From contig CM000154.2 in NCBI GenBank assembly GCA_000004695.1, forward strand, positions 1,280,001 to 1,344,000: a stretch of DNA of 64,000 nt. The letters run 5' to 3'. Below, piece by piece: positions 1 to 19,200 of this stretch. This DNA is from Dictyostelium discoideum. Taxonomy: Eukaryota. A program made the translations under genes and the position numbers. The notes under the pieces were generated by a model, which did no database searches, was not told the origin of the DNA, and was given only the letters and a program-made list of their open reading frames with translations. Position 1 is the first letter of the stretch; each line of letters opens with the position of its first letter.

Positions 1-290
<290 letters not shown>

Positions 291-869
291 GTGAATTTGA
301 AGTGGAGCCACTATTTGATGAATGGTCTTCTTCTTTTTTCTTTTTAAATATATTAAACAATTTTTTTTTTTTTTTTTTTTCTTCCTATGTATTTATATTG
401 TTATGATTCCCCCAATTATAATTGTATTTTTTTATTTTTTTAAATATGGCTGATCTGAAATATAAAAAGAGGAAAAATTAAAGTTAATAGAAAATACAAA
501 AAAAAAAAAATATAAAAATATAAAAATTAAAAAATATCTTGGATTGGTGAGAAATGAATTTATATAAGATTGAGGGCAAAATGAAAAAAGTAAAAAAAAA
601 TTAAAAAAAAAAAAATTAAAAAAAAAAAATAAAAAAAAAAAAAAAATAATTTGTAAGATTTCGTCAATTTTATAAAGCCACAATTATTAACACACTCAAA
701 TGAAAAAGAAAATAAAAAATACAAATAAAAAAATAGTTAAAAAGAAGCCACAACCTGTAAATAATAATAGTAATAAAAATAAAAAACCCATATCAATTAA
801 TAATAAGATAAATAAAGAAGTTGTTAAAATAGAAAATAAATCTGAAAAAGGAGATGATGTAATTATATT

Positions 870-907
<38 letters not shown>

Positions 908-992
908 AAACATTCTAAATTAAAAACAAAAACTAATAAAAATTCTTATTTATAGTTTTTATATGTTGGTGAATTTATAAATAATGAAAAGT

Positions 993-1101
<109 letters not shown>

Positions 1102-1179
1102 CATACAATCATACAATTTATTTGAATTCAAATAAATTATTAAAAATATTAATAAAAAAAAAAAAATAAAAAAAAATAG

Positions 1180-2179
1180 AAATGGTAAAGGTATAATTTA
1201 TTATGAGGATGGGACATTAATTGAAGGTAATTGGAAAGATGGTGAATTAAATGGGCAAGGTATATTTAAAACAACGGAATTAATAATTAGTGGAGAATTT
1301 ATTGATGGTGAATTAAGTGGACAAGTTGAAGAGATTGATAAAGAAACTGGCAAACTAGTATTTAAAGGTGAATATTCTCAAGGTCAAAGACATGGTCGTG
1401 GTAAATTAATAATGATTGAAGATGGTGGAGAACTTACAGGCACATGGGTCGATGGTAAAATGACAGGATACGCAGAATACACATTCCCAACATGTAATGG
1501 TAGATTTAAAATCCAAGGTCAATGGTTGAATGGAGATTTGGTTAGTGGTAAATATAATATAAATTATCAACCTTTGAGAAATGAAATCGATGGTAAGCGA
1601 CTCCCCATCGATGACAGGGAGAGAGAGTACATGAGAAGACTCGAGCATTATCAACAGAAAGAGTTAAGCAAGGAATGTAGAAATTTCATATTAAAATTGG
1701 ATGAATCCAACCAGAACACCATCTCAACATCACCATTACACATTGACCTATACGAGAGGTTTCATTGTTTTGTAGGAAAGCAATCAACTATACCGAATTC
1801 AGGTGAAGGTTTATTCGCAAAGATTTTCATACCAAGTGGTACTATCATCTCATTTTATAATGGTATTAGATTGACTCATCAATTGGTGAACTCAAGGTCA
1901 TGGAGTGAAAATAATAATACAATTAGTTTAAATCATGAAACTGTCATCGATGTACCGCCCCATCTAAATGACACTGTCACTCAATACTCTGCTACTATAA
2001 GTCATAAAGCAAATCATTTAGTGCCAGCTAATAATTCTGTATATGCAAGTTTCTATCACCCAAGATTTGGTGATATTAAATGTATCAAAGCAATTAAAGA
2101 TATTAATGAAAATGAAGAAATTTTTGTTGATTATGGTTATTCAAATAATGATACACCTTCTTGGTATAAAGTAAAATAA
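1180..2179 (+). CDS. Histone-lysine N-methyltransferase SETD7 (SET7/9)-like: N-terminal MORN repeats plus C-terminal SET domain. The 5' exon with the initiator ATG is not resolved.
   Basis: Frame 2 is open from about 1172 to the TAA at 2177-2179. It encodes MORN repeats (GTLIEGNWKDGELNGQG..., GEYSQGQRHGRGK...). The C-terminus aligns closely to SETD7: GEGLFAKIFIPSGTIISFYNGIRLTHQLV...ISLNHETVIDVP...HKANH...YASFYHPRFGDIKCIKAI...EEIFVDYGY. There is no in-frame ATG before 1412. The only acceptor-like site is aaaaaatag|a at 1179/1180, which implies an upstream exon (phase 2) that I could not place. Confidence 0.7.
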
Positions 2180-2530
2180 AAAAAATAAAAAAATAAAAAA
2201 ATAAAAAAATTAAAATTATAAAAAAAAAAAAAAAAAAAATAAAATAAAATTCTTGTAAATGTGGAAAAAAAAAAAATTTTTGGTATAAAGGATATAAAAA
2301 AAAAAAAAATAAAATAAAATAAAATAAAAATAAAAATAAATAAAAAAAAAATATTAAAAAAAATAATAAAAAAAGGTAAAATATGGCTTGTGAAATTAAG
2401 AATAATAAATCTATTCAATGAATTTAACACCTATAATAGTTTTACTTAAGTTCCAATAATAATAATTTCATCACTCAAGCCAATCTTTAATAATTGGAAA
2501 AAAAAAGATATTTTTTTTTTTTATTTTTTT

Positions 2531-2580
<50 letters not shown>

Positions 2581-2808
2581 AATTCAAAATTTTTGAATAA
2601 TAAAAAAAAAAATAAACAGAACCCTACAAACTCATGGAACAAACAAATACTAAAAATAAAATAAAAAAAAAATAAAACAAAATAAAAATAAAATAAAATT
2701 AAATAAAATAAAATAGAATAAAAGATAAAATATTAAATAAATAATACTAAACATAAATTATTATTCGAATTTTAAATTTTAAAAAGTAAAGGGAAAAATA
2801 TCAAAAAA

Positions 2809-2855
<47 letters not shown>

Positions 2856-3160
2856 TTTTTTTTTTTTTTTTTTTTTTAATTTATTATTTATTATTTTCAT
2901 AAAATTAAAATATCACCAACATTATTTATTATTTTCATAAAATTAAAATATCACCAAAAATAATTCTTTTTTTTTCTTTTCTTTTTTTTCTTGAACAAAA
3001 TAATTTAAATAAAACAAAAAACTATTTAATATTATTATTGTAATTATTATAAATGTAAGAATTAATACCAACTTCCACATTAACAACCACCATCGTCGCT
3101 ACTCCCCACATGACACCATTTCACATAATACTTTCACAAATAAATTCAATACCATCATAT

Positions 3161-3238
<78 letters not shown>

Positions 3239-4244
3239 TTTTTTTTTTTTATTTTTTTATTTTTAATTTTTTTTTTTGGGAAGGGCCCCCCTTTTTTTTT
3301 TTAAAATTTTATTAAATTTTAATAAAAATTTTTTTTTCCTTTTAAATTTTTTTTTTTGTTTTTTTTTTTTAAAAAATTTTTTTTTTTTTTTTTTTCTTTT
3401 TTTAAAAAAAAGAAAAAAAAAAAAAAAAAAAAAATCATTTTTAATCGATTAATATTTTCATCTTATCGCATTATTGCCTTTTTTTTATATTTCAATAAAA
3501 AAACCAAAGGAGGGGTCAGTTTTTTTTTTTTTTTTTTTATTTTGTTTTTTTTTTTTTTTTTTTTTTTTTTTGATTTTTTTATTTTTTTTTTTATTTTTTA
3601 TTATTTTTTTATTTTTTTTTTTTTATTTTTTTCAAATAGTGTGGTGCCTGTAAAACAAAATAAAATAAGATATTATTATATTTTTAAAAAATATAAACAA
3701 AAATAAAATAAAATTAAAAATAGTATTCTCAAGGTAATTAGGTTAAAATATTACACACATTGTATTATGATGAATTTGTTTTTGTTGTCACATCATATTT
3801 CATTCACTCACTTCCTTTTAATTTGTTAAGTTTTTTTTTTAAAATAATAAAACCCAACCAAAATTTAAATTTTTTGTGCATATTAAGTTGTGTATGTTTT
3901 TTAAAAACATATGGATATATTTGTGTGTGAATATAAATGTGCGTGGTTTGAATGGGAAAATAGAGTGTGTTTGGAAAATTATAAAATATTATCTTTTTTT
4001 TTTTTTTTTTTTTTAAAATTTATTTATTTATTATTTTTTTTTATTTATTTTTATTTTATCATTATATTACATATATAATTTTTTTTTTAATAATAACACA
4101 TAACATAAAATTTAAATTTATTAGTTTTTTTTTATTTTATTTTATTTTATTTTTTTTTTTTTGGTTCTTTTTTTCATTTATTATATTTAAATTATTATTT
4201 TTTATTTATTTTTAATCAATAATATAGAACCTTAATAATAGATA

Positions 4245-4282
<38 letters not shown>

Positions 4283-4582
4283 TACCCACATACTAATTTT
4301 AATTTCTTTTTTTTTTTTTTCTTTTTTTTTCTTTTTTTTTTTAAAAAAAAAAATAATTATAACAATAATATAGTAATACAACTTATAAATATAATATTAA
4401 TAGTGTATAAATAGATAAATAGTAATACTATATAGTTTATATAGAAATATATAAATAAATAGATAATTAATTAATAAATAAATAAAAAAAAAATATATAT
4501 ATATAATATCAGTAACATTAAAAAAGAAAGGTTAAAAAAAAAAAAAAAAAAAATAATAAAAAAAAAATAAATAAATAAAAAA

Positions 4583-9862
<5,280 letters not shown>

Positions 9863-10028
9863 ATCGATTCATTAAAATTTAATAAAAATAAAATGAAATA
9901 AATAAATAAAATAAAATAAAAAACAAAAAAAAAATAACCTATTTAATTAAACTATGGCTCCTTTTCCTTTTTTTTTTTTTTTTTATTAATCTCTTTTTTT
10001 TATTATCTAAAATCTAAAATAAAATTAA

Positions 10029-12032
10029 TTATTTTTTTTCAAGTTCAATAGATTTACTATCGTTGTCACTATTATTACTATTTTTACTATTATTACTATT
10101 TTTACTATTATTACTATTTTTACTATTATTATTTTTTCCAAAACTGATATCAGTTCTACTATTGTTTCTAGAAATTCCAGATTCACTTTGGGAAAGTCTG
10201 CTTCTTACTTCATCAAATACAACCTCTGACCAAATATCTCTTGCAACTCTTGAGGTTCCATATATTGAAAAGAATAAAACACCAAAAACTCTAATAAAAA
10301 AATAAAAAATGAAAAAAGATGCATAGTTCGGTCCAGTTGTAAAACAAGTTTCTTCTGACCCACCACTTAATAAACAAAGTACATAATCTGCCACAGCAGC
10401 TTTATATGAATCAATTTTCCTTTCAACATCAAAAAAGAAAATAAATAAATACAAAAATGAGCCAGCAACAGAAAAAACTAAAGAAAAAGGTTTGATTTGT
10501 CTTAATATAAATTCACTCTCTCTAATGTTAACTTTTTTTGAAATCTTAAAAAAAAGTTTTTTTTTTTTAAAAATATTAGTTAAAAAATATAATGAAAAAT
10601 AATTTAATGTTAAATATTTACATTATAAATCTCATGAATAACGCCACCAATACAGAAAATACCAATTGAAAGACCAATACCACAAGGCAACCAAAAAAGT
10701 GTAATAACAAACCTGGAATTTTAATAATATAAAAAAAATAATAATAATAATTTAAATATTAATAACTATCAATATTAAAATTAAATATTTTAAAATTAAT
10801 TTAATAAATACAAACCATCTTTCTCTAACCCAACATTCAATATAACCTGTACCAGCAACCATCTTTTTTGCTGATAAAAGTATAACAGTTGTTATTATAG
10901 TAAAAATTGTATTTCCAATCATAAAATGTCTAAAATAAAATAGTTTTATTCTTTTTACACTACAAAATAATACTATACTCATTGTCATTGCCCAGCAACA
11001 ACAATAGGTTATACCAAAATGAAACATTGCTCCGGTAATTCCACATGCAGCATCATTTTGAACAGCACTTCTACCTGGCTCTGGACATAGAAACTCCTCA
11101 ATACCATAACCAAATTTAATAATATCAGTTAAATAAACCAATGCAATAGAAGTAGACATCAAGGTGATACATATATTATATTTTGATTTTCTTTTTCTAT
11201 TTAAAATTCCAAATGTTAAAATATTATAACAAGCGCAAATAAAACTAATTGATGATAAGGTTTTAGCCATATCATAAACTCTTTTCCATTGGGTTTTTGT
11301 ATAATTTGGCATTGGACAAGTTAGAACGCAGTTTGTTGGTGGGAGATAGGTATAACCTTTATTGGGTGAATATTTTGGGTCACTTGAATTTTTTAAAAGA
11401 AGTGGGTATGGACAAGCTTGAATTAATTCCATTTGGTTGGAAATATTATTATACCCGTCTGTTGGATCAATACATGGTACCTTATATAATCCTTTATTTT
11501 CAGTATACCCATATAGTGTTAAATTATATTCAGTTCCAATCTCTGGAAATAAAAAGGAAATTGAACAATCAATTTTCAAAGAAAGTCTTGGACAATTTGA
11601 GACCATTCTTTCACATACAGATTTACATAATCTTTGAGGCAATGAAACATTTTGTAGAGGTGTAATTTTGGGTATCGTTTCAACACAAGGAGAAAAATTT
11701 AAATCGCACAAACCGAATTGGGTAAATAATAAATCATCGCATTGGTCTTGTAAAAATGTTAAAGCTTCAAAAGATTTTAAAATTTCTATTTTTGAAAGTT
11801 CCTGGGAAGAAATATTTTTATTATCAACAAGTGTAACAGTTGAATAAATTTTTTTACCTCCATTAAATAATCTGTTATTACAAAGTGGTTGGCCAATTGA
11901 ATCCCCGACATAGTTCAAACATTTTGAACCTGGAAATACAATTCCAACTCCATATCCTTTGCTATATTCATTATTTTCCCCATTAATTATTATTATTTTT
12001 AAAATTAAATAAATTAAAAAAATTCTAATCAT
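10029..12032 (-). CDS. Frizzled/Smoothened-like (Fsl-type) 7TM receptor with an N-terminal Frizzled cysteine-rich domain, paralog A. Three exons: 10816..12032, 10622..10712, 10029..10544.
   Basis: Signal peptide MIRIFLIYLILKIIIING. Frizzled-CRD cysteine pattern: C..LLF.QFGLC..NFSPC...LPQRLCKSVCERMVSNCPRL. Seven hydrophobic helices. Post-TM7 YGTSRVARDIW resembles the Frizzled KTxxSW region. Exon 1 ends ...RERW(tg) with a gtttgt donor; the 91-nt exon 2 encodes FVITLFWLPCGIGLSIGIFCIGGVIHEIYN (TM6), which is collinear with paralogs B and C; then gtaaat..ttaag|ATT into exon 3 (ISKKVNIRESEFILRQIKP...). The three-exon model gives about 607 aa. Confidence 0.6.
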
Positions 12033-12249
12033 TTCTTAAATGTTAAATATTTATATAAATGTTAAACTATTAATAATTAAATATAAAACAAAAAATAAGA
12101 TTGCTTAAAAAAAAAAAAAAAAAAAAAAAAAACAACAACGAAATACCCATTTAAAAAAAACAACCAATTACCAGAGCCACTTTTTTTTTTTTGAATTCTT
12201 TTTTTTTTTGATTGGTTCTTGAAATCTCAGGAAAAAATTAGATTCAAAC

Positions 12250-12285
<36 letters not shown>

Positions 12286-12297
12286 TTTTTTTTTATT

Positions 12298-14154
12298 CTA
12301 ATTAATTTTAATTGATTCTAATTCAACTGCTTTCTTTTCATTTAGATTTTTATCATTGTTATCATTTAAAATCATATTGTTATTATTTGTACTATTACTA
12401 TTAATTTTAGAATCACTATTTTTAGGACTGGATTTTGGTGTTGATTTTGGAGAAATTGAGGAACTAATACTTTTCCAGATTTTATTTTGAACCCAAATTT
12501 TTCTTGCAATATTAGATGTACCATAGAATAAAAAAAATATAATTCCAAACCATCTAATAACCAAATAAAATAAAAAATAAGGAACATAGCTTGGTCCGGT
12601 TGTGAAGCATTCTTCTTGGCTTCCATTTAATAAACATAAAACATAATCTTCAACAGCTGATCTATATCCTCCAAATTTTCTTTCAATATCAAAAAAGAAT
12701 ATAAAAAGATATAAAAATGATCCTGAAATAAATATAACAATTAAAAGAGGTTTTAATTCTCTTTGTAGTAAATCATTTCTATTACTAATAGATTTTTTGG
12801 ATGTCTTTTTTTTAAAAAGTATAAAAAGATTAATATTTGTTTAATAATTATATAATTTAAAAAATAAAAATAAAAAAAAACTTACTTTATAAACTTCATG
12901 GATTACAGCAATAATACAAAAAGAACCAATTAATAAGGCAATACCACAAGGAATCCAGAATAAAGATATAGCATACCATCTATCTCTAATCCAACACTCA
13001 ATAGATCCTAAACCAGCTTCGAATTTGGAAGTTGCAGCAGCGATAACAACAGTAGTAATTGTAAAGGTAGTATTACCAATTAAGAAATAATTGAACTTAA
13101 ACCATTTCTGACGTTTAACGCTACAATAAAGAACAAGACCCATTGTCATTGACCATAACACACAATAAGTAATGCCAAGGTGAAAAAATGCACCCGTTAG
13201 ACCACAAACTGGATCAAGTTGTTGTTTGGCACTTCTTCCAGGTTCTGGGCATAAAAGTTCTTCATAGCCAATACCATAGGTAATGATATCACACAGATTA
13301 ACCAATGCAATTGAACCAGAGAAAAAACATGTACATTTATGGGGATCTGATACTTTTTTATTTATTATTCCAAATGTTAAAACATTATATAAAGATAAAA
13401 TAAAACTAATTGTTGATAAAATTTTTGACATTGTTAAAAGTTGATCCCATTTTTGGTTTGAATAATTTGGAACAGGACATGGGAGTACACAATTTGATGG
13501 TGAAAGATATGAATATCCTTTATTAGCGGCATATTCTGGATCACTTGAATTCTTCAACAGTAACGGAGATGGACAAATTTCAATAAAACTAGAATTACTT
13601 GAAACTTGATTAAAAAAAATAGTAGGATCTGAACATGGAACTGCAAAGGTACCATTATCAATAGTATAACCATATGGTGATAGATCATAAAATGTACCAA
13701 TCTCTGGAAATAAAAATGAATTTGAACAATCCATTTGCTCTTCAAGTCTTGGACAATTTGAAACCATTCTATCACATACTGATTTGCAAAATCTTTGTGG
13801 CAAAGATATACTTTTCAATGGGGTTAAAGTTACTTCAATACATGGTGCCAAATAAATATCACAGATTCCAAATTGAGCAAATAATAAATCTTTACATTGA
13901 TCTTGTAAAAATGTTATTGCTTCAAATGATTTCTTTATGTTTGTTTGTGAATCTATTTGTGAATTTGTGGTTGTATAAATTCTATCACCATTATTTTGTA
14001 ATTTACTATTACATAATTGCTGGTCAATTGGATCTCCTATATAATTTAAACACTCTGCATCTGGTATAACTAATCCAATTCCAAATCCTTTTGGTATTTC
14101 AAATCCACTAATATAACTAATAATAAAAATAATAAAAATTATTAAAATTTTCAT
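12298..14154 (-). CDS. Frizzled/Smoothened-like (Fsl-type) 7TM receptor, paralog B. Two exons: 12886..14154 and 12298..12804.
   Basis: Same architecture as paralog A, with blocks of 50-60% identity (FEAITFLQDQCKDLLFAQFGICDIYLAPC...LPQRFCKSVCDRMVSNCPRL). Donor ...HEVYK|GTAAGT (plus-strand acttac at 12882-12887). Acceptor aaaaaaaag|ACA TCC at 12805/12804, phase 0. Exon 2 encodes TSKKSISNRNDLLQRELKPLLIVIFISGSF...DIERKFGGY...YGTSNIARKIW. About 591 aa. Confidence 0.6.
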
Positions 14155-14448
14155 TTTTTATTATTTTTTTATTTTTTATTTATTTATTTTTTTATTTATT
14201 TATTTATTGTTTATTGTTTATTTAATTTATTTTTATTTGTTTTTTTTTTATTGTTTGATTTTATTTTTATTTAATTTATTTTTATTTGTTACAGAGGTTT
14301 AAAAATAAACTTTCAAAAAAAAAAAAAAAAAATTTATAGCGTTCTAAAAAAAAAAGAAGAATTTAAAATAAAAAAAAAAAAATCATATCGCCCACAATGA
14401 ATTCAAAAATCTAAAATGGTTTCGCATCTTTGATTGACACATTATTAG

Positions 14449-14479
<31 letters not shown>

Positions 14480-14523
14480 TGAAAATATCTAAACCACATA
14501 TACCCAAATGAAACCAGTGTTTG

Positions 14524-14578
<55 letters not shown>

Positions 14579-14678
14579 GAGAAAATTATAATAAAATTTT
14601 TAAATTTTAATATCTTGTTTTGCTTAGTGTTTGGTTTTTTTTTTTTTTTTTTTTTATATATGAAAGATTTAAATTAAT

Positions 14679-15902
14679 TTAATCTAAATTTTCCAATGGT
14701 TGGATTGGTTTATTAATTTCTTTTATAGACTCTGTATTTAATTGGCCACATGCAGCCAAGATATCACGACCACGTGGTTGTCTAATAGTAACCTTTATAC
14801 CTTTATCATCTAAAATTTTAGAGAATTGGGAAATAGTTTCCTTTGAAGAAGATTTATATTGTGATCCAGGCCATGGATTAAAAGGTATTAAATTTACAAA
14901 AGATGGAAAAGATTTTGAAAGTTTAACTAAATCATAAGCATCTTGTTCTGAATCATTTACACCTTTTAACATTACATATTCGATTGTTATTCTTTCTTTA
15001 CAATTTTTTGAAAATTTAATACAAGCTTCAACCAATTCAGAGATTGGCCATTGTCTATTTGCAGGTACAATCTCTGAACGAGTTTTATCATTTGCACTAT
15101 GTAATGAAATTGCTAAACCAATACCAGGGAAATCACTACCCAGTCTATCGATCAAAGGTACGACACCACTTGTTGAAACTGTGATTTTACTCTTACCAAT
15201 TGCCAAACCATTTGGATCAGTTATGATTTTGATTGCCTTTGAAACGTTTCTATAATTATAAAATGGTTCACCCTGACCCATAAACACTATATTAGTTAGA
15301 GTTCTTTTTATTGAGGAATCTGTAAAATCATTTAAAACATGTCTTGTCGCTATTACTTGTGATACGATTTCTGATGCAGTTAAATTTCTAATGAATTTTT
15401 GGGTACCAGTATGACAAAATGTGCAGGCGAATGTACAACCAACTTGTGATGAAACACAGAGTGTACCTCTTTTACCTTCGGGTATAAACACACTCTCGAC
15501 TTCTGCACCATCAAATGAAATTAAAAGTTTTCTAGTTCCATCTACTGATAATTGATGTTTGGTAATCTCACCTATATTAACTTCATATTTTGATTTTATT
15601 TCTTCTCTTTTTTCTTTTGATACTCTTTCAAATGAATTTATATCCACAATGCCTTTATTATACATAAATGCCCATATTTGTTCACTTAAATATTTTGGAT
15701 ATCCAAGTTTTAAAACTTTATCTTCTAATTCATCTTTTTGAATTCCAATTAAATTAATTTTTTTTATTATATCTGTTTTTTCATTGGTGGTTGTTGTTGT
15801 TGTTAATATTGATTCATTTTTTGAATCAAAATTTTTAATCTTTGAAAATGAATTACAATCTCTTTTTAAAATTTGATTATTTATTAAAATTCTTCTTATC
15901 AT
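14679..15902 (-). CDS. Radical-SAM dual-specificity RNA methyltransferase, RlmN/Cfr family (probably organellar rRNA/tRNA A-C2 methyltransferase); single exon
   Basis: ORF of 407 aa with the radical-SAM CxxxCxxC motif in an RlmN-like context (GTLCVSSQVGCTFACTFCHTGTQKFIRNLTASEIVSQV) and C-terminal ...ILAACGQL. The N-terminus is basic and could be a presequence. Confidence 0.75.
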   Translation of the reverse strand: MIRRILINNQILKRDCNSFSKIKNFDSKNESILTTTTTTNEKTDIIKKINLIGIQKDELEDKVLKLGYPKYLSEQIWAFMYNKGIVDINSFERVSKEKREEIKSKYEVNIGEITKHQLSVDGTRKLLISFDGAEVESVFIPEGKRGTLCVSSQVGCTFACTFCHTGTQKFIRNLTASEIVSQVIATRHVLNDFTDSSIKRTLTNIVFMGQGEPFYNYRNVSKAIKIITDPNGLAIGKSKITVSTSGVVPLIDRLGSDFPGIGLAISLHSANDKTRSEIVPANRQWPISELVEACIKFSKNCKERITIEYVMLKGVNDSEQDAYDLVKLSKSFPSFVNLIPFNPWPGSQYKSSSKETISQFSKILDDKGIKVTIRQPRGRDILAACGQLNTESIKEINKPIQPLENLD

Positions 15903-16274
15903 TTTTTTATATTAAAATTAAAAACAAAAAAAAAAAAACAAAAAAAAAAAAAATCTATTTGAAAAAAAAAAAAAAAAAAAACGTTCGTTGGTCGTTTTTT
16001 TTAAAATTTTAACTTTTTTTTAAAAACTTTTTCTAAACACTTTTTTTGATTTTGGAAATAAACAAATTTATTTTTCTATTTTTTAAAATTCTAAAATCCC
16101 CAAACTATATTCAGTAATAAAGAAATAACAAAATAAAATAAAATAAAATACTTTTAAAAATAAAAAACAATTTCTTTTAATTAAATTTTATTATTATTTT
16201 TTTTTTTTTTATACATTTTTTTTAATTCTTTTTTTTTAATTTTTTAATTTTTTTTATTAATTTAAAATTTTAAA

Positions 16275-19200
16275 TTAAGTTTGAGTAAACATACGTGGAG
16301 CAATTGACATTGACATTAATTCTTGGAATAAAAGTTTTGCAGCATATGGCATTCTAATTTGAGAAATTTGAGTTTTATTTTTACATCTACGACATTCAAA
16401 TGAATTCTTTTTTAGATTTGCAATTGCAATGAGACCACAAATATCACAAATATGAACACGATAACTATCTGATTGATCGAATAAACGTTCTTTTAAGAAT
16501 TGAGCTGCACCATGAGAAATCATACAATCCTAAAATTATAATAATAATAATAATAATTTAAAATTAATAACTATTTTTACCTTATTTTTTTTTTTTTTTT
16601 TTTTTTTTTTATTAAAAAAACTTACTCTTTCCATCTCACCAAAACGTAAACCACCATCACGAGAACGACCTTCTACAGGTTGACGGGTTAAAATTTGAAC
16701 AGGACCTCTTGAACGACTGTGAATTTTATCATCCACCATATGTTTTAAACGTTGATAATAAGTTGGACCAATAAAGATTTGAGCATCCATACGACGACCA
16801 GTGTGACCATTATACATAACTTCATGACCAGTCATTTGATAACCAATTTTGTGTAGTGCTTGTGAAATAGCTTCTACAGTGACATCAGTGAATGGGGTAG
16901 CATCACCTTCATCACCAGTTGAAGCAGATACTTTACCAAGAAGACATTCAATCAATTGACCAATGGTCATACGAGATGGAATAGCATGTGGATTTACAAT
17001 GATATCTGGAACGATACCTTCAACAGTGAATGGTAAATCCTCTTGACGATAAGCCATACCACAAGTACCTTTTTGACCATGACGAGAAGAGAACTTATCA
17101 CCGATTTGAGGTACACGCATTGAACGAACACGAACTTTACAAAATTTGAAACCTTCACCACTTGTGGTGAGAATAACTTGATCGACAATACCAGTCTCTG
17201 AGGAACGGAGTGCTGTTGAACTATCACGTTTAGTGTGACGACGTGTTTTTGGACCTAAATCATCATCGGATGGTGGTAATGGAGTGGTTTTACCAATGAT
17301 AATATCATCACCAGCCACACGGACACCTGGAGCAACCAAACCATCGTCATCAATCTTTTCATAGGAACCATGACGCATACCAGCGCAAGTATCACGTTCT
17401 GGTTTTTCAAATACTTCTTCCATGAGTGAGGTTTGTTTCTTTTGTTCATCCTTGTATGCACGATAAAACATTGAACGGAAAAGACCACGATCAATAGCCG
17501 ATTGATTTAAAATTACAGAATCCTCTTGATTGTAACCAGAGTAACAAGCGATGGCTACACATACATTTTGACCGGCAGGTAACTCTCTGAAATGAAGATA
17601 CTCCATTGAACGAGTGGTTACCAATGGTTTCTGTGGATAGAATAACACATGGGCCATAGTATCCATACGAAGTTGATAATTTGTAATATAAACACCCATA
17701 GCTTGTTTACCCATAGCAGCTTGATAGGTATTACGTGGTGATTGATTATGATCTGGGAAAGGAATGATAGAGCAACAAATACCCAAAATCATCGATGGAT
17801 GAATTTCACAATGTGTATAGGTATGCACAATTTGCTCGTTTGGCATTGGCACCAAATCTTCGGGAGTCATTGCAATTAGAACGGTCTCTTCTTCTTCAGC
17901 ATCGATATATTCAACGATACCCTCACTTAGGAGATCTTGCCATTTGTATTCGTCATTGTTGATCAATTTATTGATATGTTGTTTCTTAATTTGAACTTTA
18001 TTGTCTTGAACCACAAACAATGGACGACAACATCTACCAGGATCAGTGTACAATCTTAATTCCTTCTCACGAATATCTCTAACAACTGAAACCTCTACGG
18101 ATACATCACCACAACGACGCAATAAACGAAGGGTACTTAATAACTTATCTGGTTGATGATGAATACCTACCCACATACCATTTACAAAGATCTTTGTAGC
18201 AGAGAAAATTGAAGAGAGATCACTAATCTCCTCGAGATTCTCTGTTGTCCATTCTTCAAGAAACTCTAAAATTGGTTGAGATGCTGAACCTACAGAAATG
18301 TAAGACATCATAGCAAGATTCTTTACCAAACCACATGCTTGACCTTCTGGTGTTTCGGATGGACAAACGATACCCCAATGAGTGTTATGAAGTTGACGTG
18401 GTTTTGCTAATTTACCCTCTCTACCGATTGGTGTATTCAAACGACGTAAATGAGATAATGTTGAGGCAAAAGTTAAACGATTCAATACTTGAGCTACACC
18501 ACTCTTTGTGCCACCACTCTTTGAAGAACCCCAATTACCAGTTGCCAATGAATATTTCAAACCACTTGTTATTGTTTTGGATTTAACAGCAGATGATGCA
18601 ATGAATTCTTTATCTTTATCTATACAACGTTGAAGATAAAGACGGACATCTTTTGTAAGTTTTTTAAAAAGTTGACGGAAAAGTGTACCAAGTAGTGGAC
18701 CAGCCAAATCCAAACGTTTATTTGCAAAATGATCACGATCATCCAATGGACGTCTTTCAAGTGAAGCCAATAAAAGACGATGAGTGATATAACCAAAGTA
18801 AAATGCTTTCTTTGTTTCATAGAATTCAGCGACACTAACATGTGGTAACATTTCCTTTTGTAATACTTCACGAGCGAATTTGATACGTTGTTCACGAGTA
18901 CCCATTGTGGAACCACGTTTACCCAAATAATCCAAAGCAACCTCTTGTGATTGAATGACAAAGGACTCCTCGAGTGATGGTCTCATAAGATCCATCATTT
19001 GGGCATCCTTGAAGTCATAACAAATATGTTCTAAAATATCTTTATCGGCAACAAAACCCAATGCTCTAAAGACAATGATAACGGGTACATCTTGTTTAAT
19101 GTAGGGTACAGTGGCTTTGATACCCACTGGACCCTTGTTGGTATTGTGTAACATTTTCAAATACATTGTTGAGGTTGGTCTTGAACCTGTCTCTTGACAA

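Noticed and set aside
432-909. ORFs 432..683(-) and 700..909(+), K/N/F-rich
   Set aside because: They are composed of poly-A/poly-T runs typical of intergenic DNA. The 700..858 segment ends in a GTAATT donor but its phase (0) does not fit the downstream SET gene acceptor (phase 2), so it is not adopted as exon 1.
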